From IMG/VR virus record IMGVR_UViG_3300024268_000012: a stretch of 64,000 nt of DNA, one strand, 5' to 3'. The position numbers and the translations under genes are program-made. The stretch comes from a virus (Duplodnaviria; Heunggongvirae; Uroviricota; Caudoviricetes). Of this stretch, positions 9,087 through 24,300 are shown one piece after another. Under the pieces are notes generated by a model that saw only the letters and a program-made list of their open reading frames with translations, was not told where the DNA came from and did no database searches. Within the stretch, counting starts at the first letter, position 1. The number at the start of each line of letters is the position of its first letter.

Positions 9087-11786
9087 TTAGAAGATTCTAT
9101 CTTCTGCTTTCGTAGCAGTGATATTCATAGTTCCATCATGAGAGAAAGAATAACTAAAAGATTTTACAAAATATTCTCCTCGAATTCCAGTTATATCATC
9201 TGAAACAGATATGCGCACATTTGGTTCAAAATAATAAACTGGCAAAGAATTTAAAGTAATAGTTTCTTGATAATAAGTATATTGATATACCATATTATCT
9301 AAAACTTCTTTAGCACTTTTTCCCTAGCCACTTAAAGTAAAATAATTAAGTAATCCACCCACCAAATTTAATTTTACATAATTCAATGTAGATTCAGTTG
9401 GTTGAGTGTCTGTAGGATCAATAAACAATATTTCAGGAGTATCTCTAAAAAATATCGCTTTTACATCGTTATCATTAACAACTTTCGGCCGTCTACCGAT
9501 TTTATCCATACGGTATTTCTCTAATTCGCTACCCTCGCCAATAAAATCAATCCAAAACAACAATTTACCTGGATCTTTAAAATATAAAGTATGTGGTAAA
9601 TTATGTCCTTCACTATCAAGTTCAGCCTAACAGTAAATAATATCGGGATGCCAATATTTATTCTCAAACCACTCATTATGTCGTTTAATACGATCTTCTT
9701 TTTCTGAATCAGTTAAAGAATTATCTTTTTCAATTTCACTAATTGAACGATTATCATATACCAATCGCCAAAAGGCTAACATATCAGCATAACAATAATC
9801 ATAACCAGTATTCCAAGTATTTTGCCATTTATCAATTAATTCAATATGAGTACTACTCATAAATAAATCAGCATCGCTACCATCAGCAGCCGGAATTCCA
9901 AAAATCATTGAGCCTTTTTCTTGTAAATATTCAATAGACTTTCCAGTGTTTTTGTCTGTCATTTCTAAAACTGGATGTTTCCAAGATTTTTCATCAGCAT
10001 CATAATAATAACATTTTGCGGGAACATTTAATTTAGCACCTGTTTTATATGGATAATATCCTTTATTCATGGCTAACGTTAATTGTTCTATATATGCAGA
10101 AGCTCTTGAATTATCATAGGCCATACGGTATAAAATTTCTCGCCAGTCCACAATCTAAAAATTATTAGTATCCCACTGTAAAGCATCTAAATTCACAGTA
10201 ACTATAACTGTTTGATTAATATATTCAGGCTTTTCTGGGATAGTAATACCAAAATAATCAGAATATCGGCTACGACCATCAGCCAAGAAATATTGCCATT
10301 TATTAGAATAAGTTCCATCTCCATTGTCGACATATACCCAATGAAAAGAATAATAACCATTCAACTCAGTTGTGCCAAGAGTTTCTGTCATTGCAGATAA
10401 GAAATTCTCTTCATTAACAATAACATCATGACAATTAAGACCGTTATTGCGACCTGGCTCAAAATAAATCTTTTTCCCAATTTCGCCAAAACGCCAATTA
10501 TCTTCTGTATAATAAGTGATACCATTAAATAAACAGAAATATTCTTGCGGTTTATTATCAATAGCATAACGTAAATGTATTGGTGCATCAGTTGAAGTTG
10601 TGCCCCATACAACAAAATCATTACGAATATTACTTAATAAAGGCTTATTTGCAAATGAGTTAATCAAAAAACCATTAATAAATTCATATTGAGTCTAAGT
10701 ACTATTTAAACTATCATAATAAGTACTTTCACCTTCATTTGTAATTGCACCATGCCAAGCAATATTATGATAAATACGCTTTCTTTGAAAAACAAATCTA
10801 CCCCAAATATCATAGAAATATTCAAATTCACCAAGCATATTTACAATAGCATCAAGAGCTTGTGTGACTGGACTACCAGCATTTACAATTAATTCACCTG
10901 GATAAGTAAGTTCTGTTTCACGATATCCTGCAGTATCACCATATTCTACAAATTTAATAATACGATAATAAATTCCATTTAGTTCAAATGGCTCATAAGG
11001 AATATAGTAATCAGGATCATCTTCTGTAGCGCCTTCTTTTTTGGGTGCAGCTTGAATAAAATCATTAGCCAAAGCAGATCCTTCAAATACCATTTGACTA
11101 GTATAAAACTTAAAATCAGATGATGTAGAAATATCATAAATAAATAAGCCTTTATCAGCTACTTTATAATCTAATAATTCTACTGCGCAATCATCTAAAT
11201 CTGCAATTATAATATTTTCGTAAGATTCAAGAGCATAAGTGTGTACGGCGTCTCTGACAATTTCTTTGATAGCAATTTCTTTGCGGTAAGTGGTGCCATC
11301 ACCATTAATAATTTCAATATCACTAAAGCTGTGATCGGCAAATAAACTTCCTCCAATTGAACCATCTAACATGCACATTTTATCTTTTCCCTAAATAGAA
11401 ATTGATAATCCAGATGTATTGGAGGTCTAAGAGAAAGAAGTAATAATAAATACTCCCTGTTGAAACCAAATAATTTCATCATGAATTGTATCAATGTAGT
11501 TTCGTAATCCAATTAAAACCGCAAATTTAGTATGTAATCCCCAATAAATTTCATTTAATTCTGAATTGGTATTATCTGTTGTAATATTGAGGCTGCAAGT
11601 GCGGCGGGTGGCTGAAGAGCCATCCACAGAAATATTGCCAGATACAATATTACCGGTAATTTCTGCGATGGCTCGTTCATCCCAGTCTAATGAAATTAAT
11701 TTAGCAAATACTTCACGTTGAGTATAATTATCTAACTGCTTTAAAAAGACATTATCTAAAGAAGCTTGAGAAGTACCAATAAACAT
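9087..11786 (-). CDS. Baseplate/tail-tip protein, DUF5048-like C-terminus (~899 aa; 6 TAG)
   Basis: Six track fragments share one frame, joined across TAGs at 11427, 11391, 10695, 10155, 9627 and 9324; ends TAA 9087. Read-through gives ISI(Q)GKDKMCMLDG and S(Q)GKSAKEVLD. C-terminal QETITLNSLPVYYFEPNVRISVSD..GIRGEY motif. Confidence 0.8.
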
Positions 11787-14700
11787 TATCTAACTACCTC
11801 CACTTCTTTTTCTTCCTCTTCAAGGACTTGTCGTAAATAATTATTCAAACGGTCACGATTAACAAGCCAATTTAACCGCAATGTTTCAACATCATTCTCA
11901 GAAATAATTTGTGGATAAGCCTAAACATAAATTCTATATCCACCTTGATAATAGTTTTCCACTTGAATTGCATTAATTTCAATCATTTGTCGATTATTAA
12001 ATATATAGAAGAAATTATAATTCTCAATATCACCCAATGGTTTATTAATGTTTTCTGGGTCTGCTATTACAGTAAAATTAAAGCGAGCTGCCAAATAATC
12101 TTCATAAGCTCGTAACTCAAGCTTTGTTAAATTATCTTTATCACCATATTGTTCTTCTAATGTATAAGTTCTAGTTTCAGCTTTGCAATAAACATATACC
12201 TAAATACCAGATTGAACTCTTAAATCTAAATCTCCATGAACATTCAATGGTAAATTATAGAAATAATGAGCTAAACCATTATCCTCATTATTATCTGTAA
12301 ATAATGCTTCTGCATCAAAAGCTGTTGAACCAAACAGTACATAAGTACCATATTCAATCTCTTCAAAATCCGCGTCTGTAACAGCTGGATATTGTCCTGT
12401 TGTAGGATCCACAATACCATGTGCAGGATTTGGAATATATCTCCAATAAGTATTATCACTTTTACGCAATAAAATACTATTACCATATTGTAATGCTGCA
12501 GGCCAATTACCATAATTTAAATCATTATTCCAAACATAAGATAATTTCTTTACGCCACATTCGTAAATTGGAATTGAGCGATATTGAATATATACAATAC
12601 TTGGAATAGTTGCTTTTAAGCCATTCCAGCCTTCAAATAGATTTCGACTAAAAACACCAGATTTAGTTTCATAAATTTTTTCTTTTGTAATAGGATCTAA
12701 GGCGTATGAACCATCTGCCTCTAACTTATATTCATCAATATCATAAGTATATAGTTCTTGTTTTTCAGTTAGACCATATAATCCATATCCTACATAAGTC
12801 TGAGCATGAATATCTTGAATGGCTTCAAGATTATCTTCGTCTATATTTTCAACTGTTAAAATTAAATATCCTTTTACCAAACTTAAAATATCTGGAGGAT
12901 TAATATATCGTAATGGCGCGGTTGAATAAGTATCTAGTTCTAATTCATAAGTGCCAGTTTTATTAATGGCAAAATTATATTCTCCCCACTCAAAGCTCAT
13001 ACCATATGTGCTTGCTTTATTTATTGTATTTGTAGGATCTAAATCATAAATAAATTCAATCTTGCGACATCCAGCACCTTCTGTTAAATCATATTCAGAA
13101 AATTCTTTTGAATTTTTCATTACTCTTGCAAGATCGCTTAAAGAAATTGTTTTTTTCATATCAATATGAACGATTTCGTCTTGAGCATTTAATAAAGAAT
13201 AATTCGCAAGTGTACTAATATTAAATTTATCTACCTCTGATGCAGTACAAGAAAAGCTATGTAACATTCTACTTATGGTATCATTAGGAGTCAGACTAAC
13301 GTTGGTTAATCGAACAATATAACTACCTTCTTGTGGAGATTTAAATAATTTAATCTTACCATTATTTAGCCATTCTAAAACGGCTAACTTAAATTTCCGC
13401 TCATAAGTGAAATTTTCGTCTGTAAGGGCAGTACCAGGTTCAATGAATGCACTGCGGATAAGAGTCTTATCTTCTTTAGTTCCAAACCATTCAAGGTCAT
13501 CGCCAGTAAGAATCCAACTTTTATCAAGATCAGTTTTTTTCATAAATAATTGATCATTATCCATATGATATGAAATTAAACCATTAATTGGAAACTCTTT
13601 ATAATTTAAAATACCATTTCGTAAAATAAAAGGATATTGTCTACCAAGCGTAGTTTTTTTAGTTTCAGATAAAACTGACTTAAAAGAAGAAATTTTTGGA
13701 TTAAAACGAATACGCAATTGTTTGTCACCATCATACAGAAAAGCATCTTCAAATACTGGAATTGTTAAATTAGCAGTAGATACTCTCTTAGAATAAATAT
13801 TGCGTGAATTTACTTTTTGCAAAGAATACATATACTTTGCACCAGATTCAATAGCATAATCAATATACTGATAACTACGAGTTTTTGATAATGCCATATT
13901 AATAGGAAGTTCTGCAATCGTTTCCCAAAGTCGATTTTCGCTCTAAAAGTCTTGTCTACAAATAACAAAATTACCAATTAGAGGATATTCTTCTATTTTA
14001 TTTTCTATTAAATATTTTGATTCAGGATAAATATGTAGAATTACACGAGCATTTTCATTATCTACCTCTGTAGCTAAATATACATTTAATGTACTAATAG
14101 TGACTGTGGTTTGGGTAATTTCATAATTAACAGTATTTACTACTAATCCATTATTAGTAATAATGCTGTACTATACTCGATAAATTTCGCCTTCTGTTAA
14201 ATTAAATGTTAAAATACATTCATCTGAAGAAGCATCTAAATCGGTATCAGTTTGAGTATTATGAATTAACCATCCAGTATTTTGTAATTCTGCACCTTCA
14301 CTATTAGAAAAAATAAAACGATATTGATATACTTTTTCTGATTCATCCTCATTCTGATAAGTGCCAATAAAAGATGTGTGTGAAATTGCAGTAATTGATT
14401 GCATATTTAAACCAGCAATTTCTACGATTGGCTTTGATGTATATTTTACAATAGCAACAGTAGAATAATATCCATCATTACCTGCTTGATCAACATATGC
14501 TAATTGAACTTTATAAAAATTACCTACAACAAGTTTTGCCACAATGTCCTCTGTCAAGTCATAAATTACAGAACGATTTTGGGCGTCATCTCCATATTTT
14601 TGAGAGAAAAGATTTGCAATAACAATATCTGTAGATGTTGTTTTTAAGCGAAGTCGCATTCCCTTAACTGCGGCGTTACTTACTGTAACATTCATAGAAA

Positions 14701-14794
14701 AAGGGACCTCTAATGAGGTCCCCGTGTTCGTAGTATAAAATGAGGGAATGGTGCCCGCTATATTTGGTGGATATAAGCGGTTAATTGCGGCCAT
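11786..14794 (-). CDS. Large tail/baseplate-associated protein (~1002 aa; 4 TAG)
   Basis: Single frame from ATG 14794 across TAGs at 14171, 13943, 12200 and 11921 to TAA, which overlaps the next ATG (TAATG, translational coupling). Confidence 0.8.
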
Positions 14795-14796
14795 TC

Positions 14797-15183
14797 TTAC
14801 TCCTCCTCAATAAGCATTTCCAAAGCAAGTAATTGTTTGGGGGTAAATTCCATATTTTCAATAAGTGCAAGAGGAATCTTACGAAGCTCAAGATCTGCAG
14901 TAAAATCATTTAGATCTTGACGAGCTTTACGACATTCTTCTTCCTTGCCTTCTTGAATAGCAAAAACGCCAGGAGCATTCTGAACAAATTCTTGCTTTTC
15001 AGCATCAAACTTCAAATATTCAAGAGCAAACTTGCGCTCTTGGTCAATATAAAACTCTTCTTCTTTCTTAAGCGCAGTAAGATTCTTTGCAATAATCATA
15101 CCAAGCTTAAAAGGAACTTTAGAATCTTGAAGTTCTTCAAGACCTCGCATAAGAGTATCAATTTGAGTATAATTAAGTGTCAT
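14797..15183 (-). CDS. Small tail-region protein, DUF1617-like (128 aa)
   Basis: Intact ORF with SD AAAGGAG. Helical VPFKLGMIIAKNLTAL motif; TAA stop. Confidence 0.55.
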   Translation of the reverse strand: MTLNYTQIDTLMRGLEELQDSKVPFKLGMIIAKNLTALKKEEEFYIDQERKFALEYLKFDAEKQEFVQNAPGVFAIQEGKEEECRKARQDLNDFTADLELRKIPLALIENMEFTPKQLLALEMLIEEE

Positions 15184-15208
15184 AATCCTTTTTCTCCTTT
15201 ATATATGA

Positions 15209-18200
15209 TTAATAGTAAGATTCCCATCCTGAAGAGGGAGTTGATTCCTAAGCAGGAAAGAATGTACTAGCAGTATAACTTGATGGCGAATATGAATGAG
15301 AGGCTGGGGTATATGAATGTGATGAAGCTGTATAATTACAAGTTCCATCTGCATTTTTGCTATGTGAAGAAGCTTTATAATAATGGCTTGCTGCCGTATA
15401 ACTATGTGACTCTTGAGTATATGAAGAAGCAGTATATTGAGTGTCTGCTTCACATTGAGCAAAACCCGCACTATAACCAGCTTTATATGCCGCCGCGATT
15501 TGGTCCATATGATATTTCGTGGCGGCAATATTAAAAGAATCGGATACTGTTGCCCCCGCGATAGTTAAAGAATAAACAATAGATCCGCCCTCTGCACTCA
15601 TTGTAAAACCGCCCTCACCAAAAATTTCAGGCTCATCTGTTAAGTCAACCTATTTTCCTGCGATTGTCAAAGAGCCAGTTAATTTTCCACTGCTTGTACC
15701 CATAGTCCAAGCCCCATCTTCAAAAATGGGTTGTCCAGCATCTTCTCCCATAGAAGTATCAGCACCAACTGTACCAATCTATACGGAAGCTTTTAATTTA
15801 CCTTCTGAAATTTCATAATTTAATACGTGTCCATGCTCCGCTAAAGCAAGAGCGGTACCTTCACCGACAGTTGCGCCAGGAGTATTACCATTGCCGTTAA
15901 AACTCTCCTGCAACATTTTTCCATAAATACTCTATAATTCAATGGAAATAATCGCAGAGCCATCTCCTCCAGCAGGGTCAACACGTAAATTTGCTTGACC
16001 AACAGCCTTAGCTAAAGCATTTTTAGCTTTCTTTAAAGCTTCAATTGCTTTATTCATTGCCGCAGCAGCTAAGTTGTTAGCAGCAACAATTTTTGGATAA
16101 ACTTCTTCACAAAGAATTCTATTTACCCAAGCTTGAGTTGCAACCAATGAAGGAGTAGGTGTTCTTGATTCATTATTATCATCAAGCATAAAAATTACTC
16201 CTCCATAAATGGAGCCATCAACATCAAGATTTTTAGTAAATCTAGCAGATTCACCATAAATATTCCACTAATAAAGATAACCTAAATCGGCTCCACGAGG
16301 AACAATTGTAACATTGCTGCCAATAGATTCTCCGCCAGAACCAAGATAGACATTAAATCCCATACCTTTAGCATCATGATACACAGCAAATAAACCCGCT
16401 CCACCAAGCTGTAAAGTTTCATCTGATTGCGCATCTGTTAATTCTACTGAAGTGTGGAATGTACCAGTAAAATTAGTTAACCAAACCAAACCATCACTGT
16501 CTGGAGGAGTTACAATATCTGAGTCATCTTGAGAAAAATCTGGGAAACCACTTAAATCAAAAGGAATAATTGTTCCTTCTGCGGCATAATTATCATCTTT
16601 ACTACCTTTTGTAAATTCAGTGGTTCGTTTATATTCTTCACCCATTTCATATGCACGTGGCATAATGAAATTAGTATTTGTATCTTCTTTATAAGTCAAA
16701 CCTTGTAAATGAATTGCTGCAAGATATAAATTACCTTCAACCAACTCTTCTGTTACTGCAATATCTTCCGAAAGATCAGTAAAAACACCCTGACTTTCAG
16801 TCGAAATACCACAATAAATAGAAGCAGTTTCTCCATCAATTTGAACTTGACCTTTAGAGAAATAAGCACTACCATTATTGCCACTGATAAAGCTTTTTGG
16901 AATTGGGAATGGATCTTCTCCTGTTGCTTTTTCTAAACCAAAACCAATATCACCTGTAGTAAAATTGATTAACATATTATAATATGTTGGTTCAGCAATT
17001 AACTCAATACCTTCATCTTCAGTAGATAAACCCATCCAACCATATCGGCCACTAATAATCATTTTACCTTTCATAAAGGCAATAAATGAATCATGACCAT
17101 TTAAGTTAATCCAGTCACCATTATGCTCGCCATCTCCTTGATCTCTAAAACCAGAAGGCATTCCATTTTCATCAGTAAAATCATCATAAAATTTACGATA
17201 ACCTTGAGCTTGGCCTCCACCAAAATTTCTATCGGTTGCATAAATTTCATAATCATTAATATACCAATTACCAATGGTTGCATATTTGGTGTATAGATAA
17301 CCATCAGATCTAATACCTGTCTAAATAACATTATCTTCATTTGCAAAAGATGCAGTAAAGAAATTCTCTGGAACAGGTAAAACTTCAGTGGTTCCATCTT
17401 TATATTCTTTGGTATAAGAAGTAACTTCTTCTCCATTTAAAGTATATGTAGGATTTGGAATAAAAGAACCATTTGACAAGTTCTTTTCTGGATTTCCTAA
17501 AAATATTCTACCAAAAATATTCTTCTATGTCAAGCCATAGTCACTAATAACCCATGGATAATCTTTACCGATACGACCATATCTAGCAAAAATACCACCA
17601 GTTGTAACTACGCCATAATTTGGGTCTACTAAGAAATAATCATGATCTTCATCATTCATAAATTCATCTACCCATAGTAGTTCTTCATGATGACTCCAAT
17701 CTTGCATCCAACTTAATGTTTTATCCGCCAATTCATCGCAAAATGTTGAAATACGTCTTGGTGTCTATGTATATAAGAAAAATTGTGAAATACTTTGATT
17801 ACCAATAGCATCCCATGCTTGATTACTAATTACATAACCACCATTTTCATCTTCTGTCAGATAATCCAATAAACGACGAGGATTTAAATTAATATAACAA
17901 GTCTAAGTTGAATTACTAATTAAAGCGTTTCGTCCATCAAAATGGATACGTCCTTCACCAGATGGACCAATAAAACCAGTGCCATCAGTTTTAAATCCAA
18001 AAGACTGTTGTCCTGCATTGAATCCGTATAGGCCAGGAGTATCTAATGATTCATCGCCTTTTTCATGCCAGTCACCCATCATAACACCGGTAAAACGATT
18101 GCGCTGATCTTTTGTGCCTGCTGCAATCATTTTTGCAATAATCGCACTGTTCTCATAATCAAGAGATAGACTCTAACCATCCCACTCATTAACAAGAGAA

Positions 18201-21200
18201 GAAGGATAAAGGTTCTGCGCAAATGCGATACCCTGCGCGACTGTTGTGGTACCATCCATAAAATATATATAAGTAAAATACTCATCTGTTAATAAATCTT
18301 CTGTCCATTGTTGTGCATAAGCCGAAGGATCTGCTACATGAGTATTTAATTGTTGCGCGGAAAAACCTAACGCATAAGAAGTTTGATTTGCTTTACTTAC
18401 AGAAGTTCCATTTGGTAAAGTAAATACTGGATATTCAGCCTCTTTTTCAATTAAGCGTAATACTTTTGTTTGATTGATCTACCATGTTGGATAAATCAAT
18501 TCATTCATATAATCATATGTTTCGCCGGTTTCTTCAGAAGTATCAGATCCAGTAATAATTTTTTGTACTTCAAATACATTTGATGCATAAATTGGTGCTT
18601 GACCGTCAGATCTAAATTCTACACGATCTGGACACACAATATCATGCGTTTGCATATATTGAGCACTGTTACTTACTAAAATACCTTTTCGGACTGTAAT
18701 ATCATATTCTGCCGCACCAGATACCGTAACCTCAACAACAAAAGGATAAGGTTGTGTAATGCGGCCACGGATAACATTGCCAATAAAATCTTTATAATTT
18801 AGATGGTCTCTATCATCTTTTGGTTTATATGCAGTACCATAATATTTCCAAGTGAATTCGCACTTTGCTCTTTCATCCAATGGTAATAATTGACCTTTAC
18901 GATCATATACTAAACAGTAGATTTCAAATTCACTTGCGGTATCAACATAATAATTGCCAGCAGGTTCACTAATGGTAATAACAGGAGTATATTCACAACC
19001 AAAAGCTCCTGCTCGTCCAAAAATTAGTTCTTTCTTAATAGAAAAAGAACCCATACCATCAATATCAATTGTAGCACTAATTTCATTGTCATTATATCGC
19101 ACATTATGAATAGCATCAATATAAAAATAGCGAGTTGCTTTTTTATCTAATTCAAATAAATGATCTGAACGATGATTCCAATATGCAATATCTCGTGCGT
19201 TATCATCAAGCATTCCCCATGCTCTAATCATAGTAAAACTTTCTGGGAATTGCCAAGTAATATTAAAATTCGGTTTATTACCATCTCGATCAGTGTACTC
19301 GCTTAAACGAACATAAGCGGCATCTTTGTCTGCATATACGTAATCTGAAGCAAGATTTCTACGATCCTCTTCAACTTTGATCCAAGGTTCAATATAGTAT
19401 TGCACATCTGAGAATAAAATATTATCATCATTAGCTAATACATTATTATTTTCATTATATACAAAGAAATTACCAACAGTGTCATCGGGAACAAGAGTTT
19501 CAGATTCTCTTGGCGCTAATCTATGAGTATCAGTTAAAAGTTCCATTTTACCTGTTGTAGTTGTAAAGAAATAACCTTTACCAGTAGGTAATTTTTCTGA
19601 ACAGGAACCAACCAAGTTTCCACGAGAATCATATACGTCATAGCCAGATGGTTTCAATAACGCACAACGTAATACAACTTTATCATTGCGCGCCAAATTG
19701 GCAATATCGCTCTCAATCGTTGTGTTATAATTCTAAAAAATAAATACATTACTTGTAGTATATGTATTATTAAAATGAATTACAACCTTGTAGCGCTCTT
19801 TTGCTTTATTTATATCGGGAGTAACAACAAAATTAATTGGAGTATTTTCATCATATTCTACATCAGCATCTGTTCCAATAGGGCGCCAATAATTACCACC
19901 GAAACGATGAGATGGAATTTCTGAATTATACTCGGGATGCTCTGGCGCCCATTCAGGATCATATCTATACCAATATGTTTTTGCTTCTAATTCTTCTAAT
20001 CTTGAATATGTATCAATTAGTTCAAGAGTGTTATCTACTTTATGAACCCATGCGGCATAAAGAGTACGATCAGGTTTACGCACTGCCTCATTCTCAGGGT
20101 CTGCGCCATATGTAACTACATCATATGTATATAATGTAATTGTTTCCTCTTGCATTTCCTCAACAGAAAGTCCAAGCAAACAATGTAAATTATTAAAAAT
20201 AATATTTTTTAACTCTGCACTTCGACCAGTGGCTTCTCCAAACTAAACATAGATTTCGTTAATACGAATCTTTTTTTCTTCTTCTGAAAGACTTGTATCA
20301 TCTTCTACGGCTTTAATCTAAGCCATAAAATCTTCTTTAATAGTTTCTATGTCTTGAGATCCCCAAGGGATTGGATTACCATATTCATCAATAAATTTAT
20401 GATCTTGCCAAAACCATACGTCAATACTATCAATAGAATTGGTAAATTTAGAGATGTCCACAACGATTTGTTGTGTTGAGGCTAAAGTATAAGCATATGG
20501 ATTACCGTACATATTATTGTTAGTAAAGTAATATTCTTGTGTTAAAGTTTCAATAGCACCAGAAGTTTTATCTTCAGTGCCTTGACCTCTTACACAAATA
20601 CGTAATCCATATTCACCAGATTGAGGTCTAAAAGTATGTAGAAGTGTAGTAACATCAACTTCTAAACCCAATTTTGTGGCACAAATAGGACGTTTTTCAA
20701 TGTTTTCCCAATGCCATACATGATCTTCGGATATTGGGAATGTTTCATTCGCAACATCCATAATAAGCGTTTGTTCTTCTCCATGATAAGGACAATTAGC
20801 CCAATAACCAACTTCCTACATTGGCGTATTATATGATAAATTATATAATCCCACAAAATCATCAAAAGGAAGTTTGAGATTATATATGCTCTATTCATCT
20901 TCAGTATTAATTTTTAAACCAATAATAAATTTTTGAAGATTAAAATCACCATTTGGGATTTGTACATAAACTTGCTGACCTGCACTATATACTTCTCCCT
21001 ATTTAGCATAAGCATCAAAAACTGCGTCTTGGCTTTTTACTTTATAGACACCAGTGCGAGCACCTTTATCATCAAGATAAACCTCAATGATTTTACACTC
21101 TTTGGTAATATCAAAATTTTGCTTTGATACGACTCCAGTTACAATTGTATAAATCGCATCAAATAAATCGTTTTGCAAATTACCATTTTTCTATTCTGCC

Positions 21201-21202
21201 AT
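15209..21202 (-). CDS. Large tail-tip/central-fibre protein (~1997 aa; ~18 TAG)
   Basis: Nine track fragments share one frame. The gaps I translated contain only TAG. Starts ATG GCA GAA TAG after AAAGGAG and ends ...GWESYY-TAA at 15209. Lies immediately downstream of the tape measure. Confidence 0.8.
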
Positions 21203-21285
21203 CCATGTTTCATCTCCTTTTACTCAAAACACTTCTATCTTTTTATAGAAAAATCGTGTGATATATTAGCCGAAATAGACCAACC

Positions 21286-21315
21286 AAAAAGAAGGGGTCT
21301 CCGAAGAGACCCCTT
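21286..21315 (-). terminator. Rho-independent terminator after tape measure gene
   Basis: AAGGGGTCTC-TTCG loop-GAGACCCCTT stem followed by a T-rich tail on the minus strand. Confidence 0.85.
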
Positions 21316-21322
21316 ATATTTA

Positions 21323-24300
21323 TTAGCGTTTTGAACCAATGTACTGAGCCGCGCGATTAATAAGATTATCAAAAGCATCTTGGATTTCATTACTATCTTG
21401 TACGTTCGGGAATTCTGCGGTAATATGAACTTGTTGTTGCAATTCAGTTTCCTTGGTGGTTTGGGTAGTTTCTGCATGTAAATTATACATATTAGCTCTT
21501 GAAGCTGCGGTTGCCAAATTAATATATTCATCCATCATAGTTAATGTGGCTTGATCAAGTTTATTTACTACTTTAACTGTATCAAGCAATTTTTGTGTAT
21601 CATTTTGATTTAATACTAATTCCGGTCTACTCTTAGTGCCATCAACCCAAGCGGGGCCAGTATAATCAGCGAGGCCACCAGTGGCATATTTCTTGCCAGT
21701 TTTATCTTTAATTAGATCACCAAGCTTATTGCCAACAATAGCTCCTGCTACGCTAGTGACACCAGATCCAATGATCGCACCAACTGTGCCACCAACTTTA
21801 GAACCTACGCCTCCACCAACAACTCCACCAACAACTGCGCCTAGAACGGCACCAATATTTAATCCAGAAGATTTATCTTGTGTACCGGTTCCACCAGTGC
21901 CGCCAGTTTTACCACCTGTACCTCCAGTTTTATCATTGTTTTTAGTGGTGGTGGTATCTTTTTTGGTCGTAGTTGTAGTAGTTTTAGTGGTAGTTGTTGT
22001 AGTACTGCCAACACTCGCGCCGGCCAATTTTGCCTAGGCCTAAATAACTTTCTAAATTTCTAAATACATTGATTCATAAGTACCAATAACACTATTTAAT
22101 TTAGAAATATAATTATCCCAAGCTGTTGTAGTAGTATGAATTTGACTTACCTCTTGACGCAGTGAATCTGTCATTTTTACAGTTTCATTTTTTGCATCTT
22201 CTGTTACTTTATCATAAGTATTTACAGATTCGACCATACTACCATAACTAGTATTTGTTAATATAGTTACTTCTGCAATTTTAGTTGCATAATCTGACAT
22301 GGCCTGTTTAATACGATCATAAGCGGTTTCCATTTCATCTCGATAATTATCAGTATCATTAATCATTTCACCAATAATTTCAGCAACAGTACCTTTTGTT
22401 CTATCTGTAATTTCTTCAACTGCAATACCATAATGATCAGCAATTAATTCATTGGTTGTCATTGTATTTTCACTAACAATATTATATTGCTCTTGTAAAT
22501 AACGAGAGCGTTCATAATAATGATCTAAAATCTCATTGATTCTTTGTTGTTTTTGTTCTTCTGTTAAAGTTTCATCCATAGCAATTTCTTTAATAGCTTC
22601 AAGCGTGTCTTGGCGTAATTGTAAAGTTTGATTATAAATATCTTGTTCGTATTCCCAATTGGTATCAGCCATTTGCTGAAGTACATCTTCATATTCTTGC
22701 TGGGCTTGATTAATAGCATCTTCATCAGCGGTATATTGATATACCATGTTGCCTTCGCTATCACGAGTTAAGCGTACAGTACTCTTAGCGTTTTGAGCCT
22801 CTTCAAGAGCAATCTACTTAAGAAGAAGTTCATATTTAAGATTCATCATTTCAATTTCATATTCGCTTAATTCTTTTAATTCACTTTGAGCATTAATTTC
22901 ATCTTGTAATGCTTTTAATTGCTTTTTATGTACACTAGAAGTTGTGTCGTTGATTGACTGTTGGATATTACGATTTAACTTACTAATTTCATATAGTTCA
23001 CGCTGAGAAGAAACATATTGCTCCATTTCTTCCATGTAGAAACCATATTCCTCAGTGAGCCAAGCAAGATCATTACCCACACCAACCATTGATTCTTCAA
23101 GATCTTTCATAATATCTTCGATTGTAGTATCGTACATATCTTTTAAGGCTTGAAGAGTTTCTTCAGTCTTAGATAGAATATTTGCTTGTACTTCATTCAT
23201 TGTCTCTTGCAATGCCTCATATTGAATTCGTTCTGTTTCAGTTAATCCTTCCGCAGAGTTCATGCGCGCAAGATAATATTGCTCTTCTTCTTTAAGTACA
23301 TTAAGATAGGACATTTGAGATTCAAGAGAAGCCATATTATAATCATATTGCTTTTCATAGAAGAATAACAAATCTTCAAATGTTTGTCCTTTACCCATAA
23401 GCTGAAGAATAGACATATAAGAGCCCATAGCTTCAGAAGCAGCATCAATTTTTGCAGTATGCTTGTCAAGTTCTTCACTAGCAAGTTCAAGAGTCTTACC
23501 ATAAAGTTCTTCAATTGCTTTTTTAGCTTCTTGAATTGCCTCAAGATTATCAAGAATTTGAGATTGAATATCCTGTAGACCTGCAACGTAATCAGCTTGA
23601 TTAAGATCTCCCGCCGCGAATGCAGCTTCAAGTTCTTGACGAGCTGTGGCAAGATAACTTAAATTCTATTCTGCGATTTGTCCTTGACGAATATAATTAT
23701 CCATAAGAAGATCTTGTTTTTCAAGAACTTCATCATATTTATCATTAATATAATCAAGATAATCTTTTTCAGCTTCATTAATTTCAACTTTGTATTCGAC
23801 TTTATATTGAATCTTTTCAAGAGTCTTTTCAGAAATTTGATTCTGCAATTCAAGAATTTCATTTTGTTTGTCACCAATAAGGTTTAAAGTTTCTTGATAT
23901 TGATCAATCCATTCCAAGGCTTCTTCAAACCATTCGTCCATTTGCTCTTTTTCTTCTTCCATATTTTCTTGAGCAGAAGCATCAGCAGCGTTGTATTTAT
24001 CAATAAATGCATTGTATTTAGCTAAAATAGAATCCATTAAAGCATCATAATTAGAAATATTCCCTTCGCCATCAAAAGTAGCACCAAGAGAAGCAACTCT
24101 CTATTTATCAACTGCTAACCACTCTTGAGCCTATCTGACATATTCTTCCTATAAGCCAATTTCTTGTTCAATTAAAGAAATTTCTGCTTCTAAATTTTTT
24201 AAATAAGATTCTCCATAAACACGCTTTTTAACTTTATCTACTTTTTCTAATGCATCCGCCATACGCTCTAATGCATTATCTACTTGGAAATAGCGCTGTT

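Noticed and set aside
1-21202. Diversity-generating retroelement acting on fibre genes
   Set aside because: No reverse transcriptase and no near-identical TR/VR repeat pair with A-specific differences is visible in the window.
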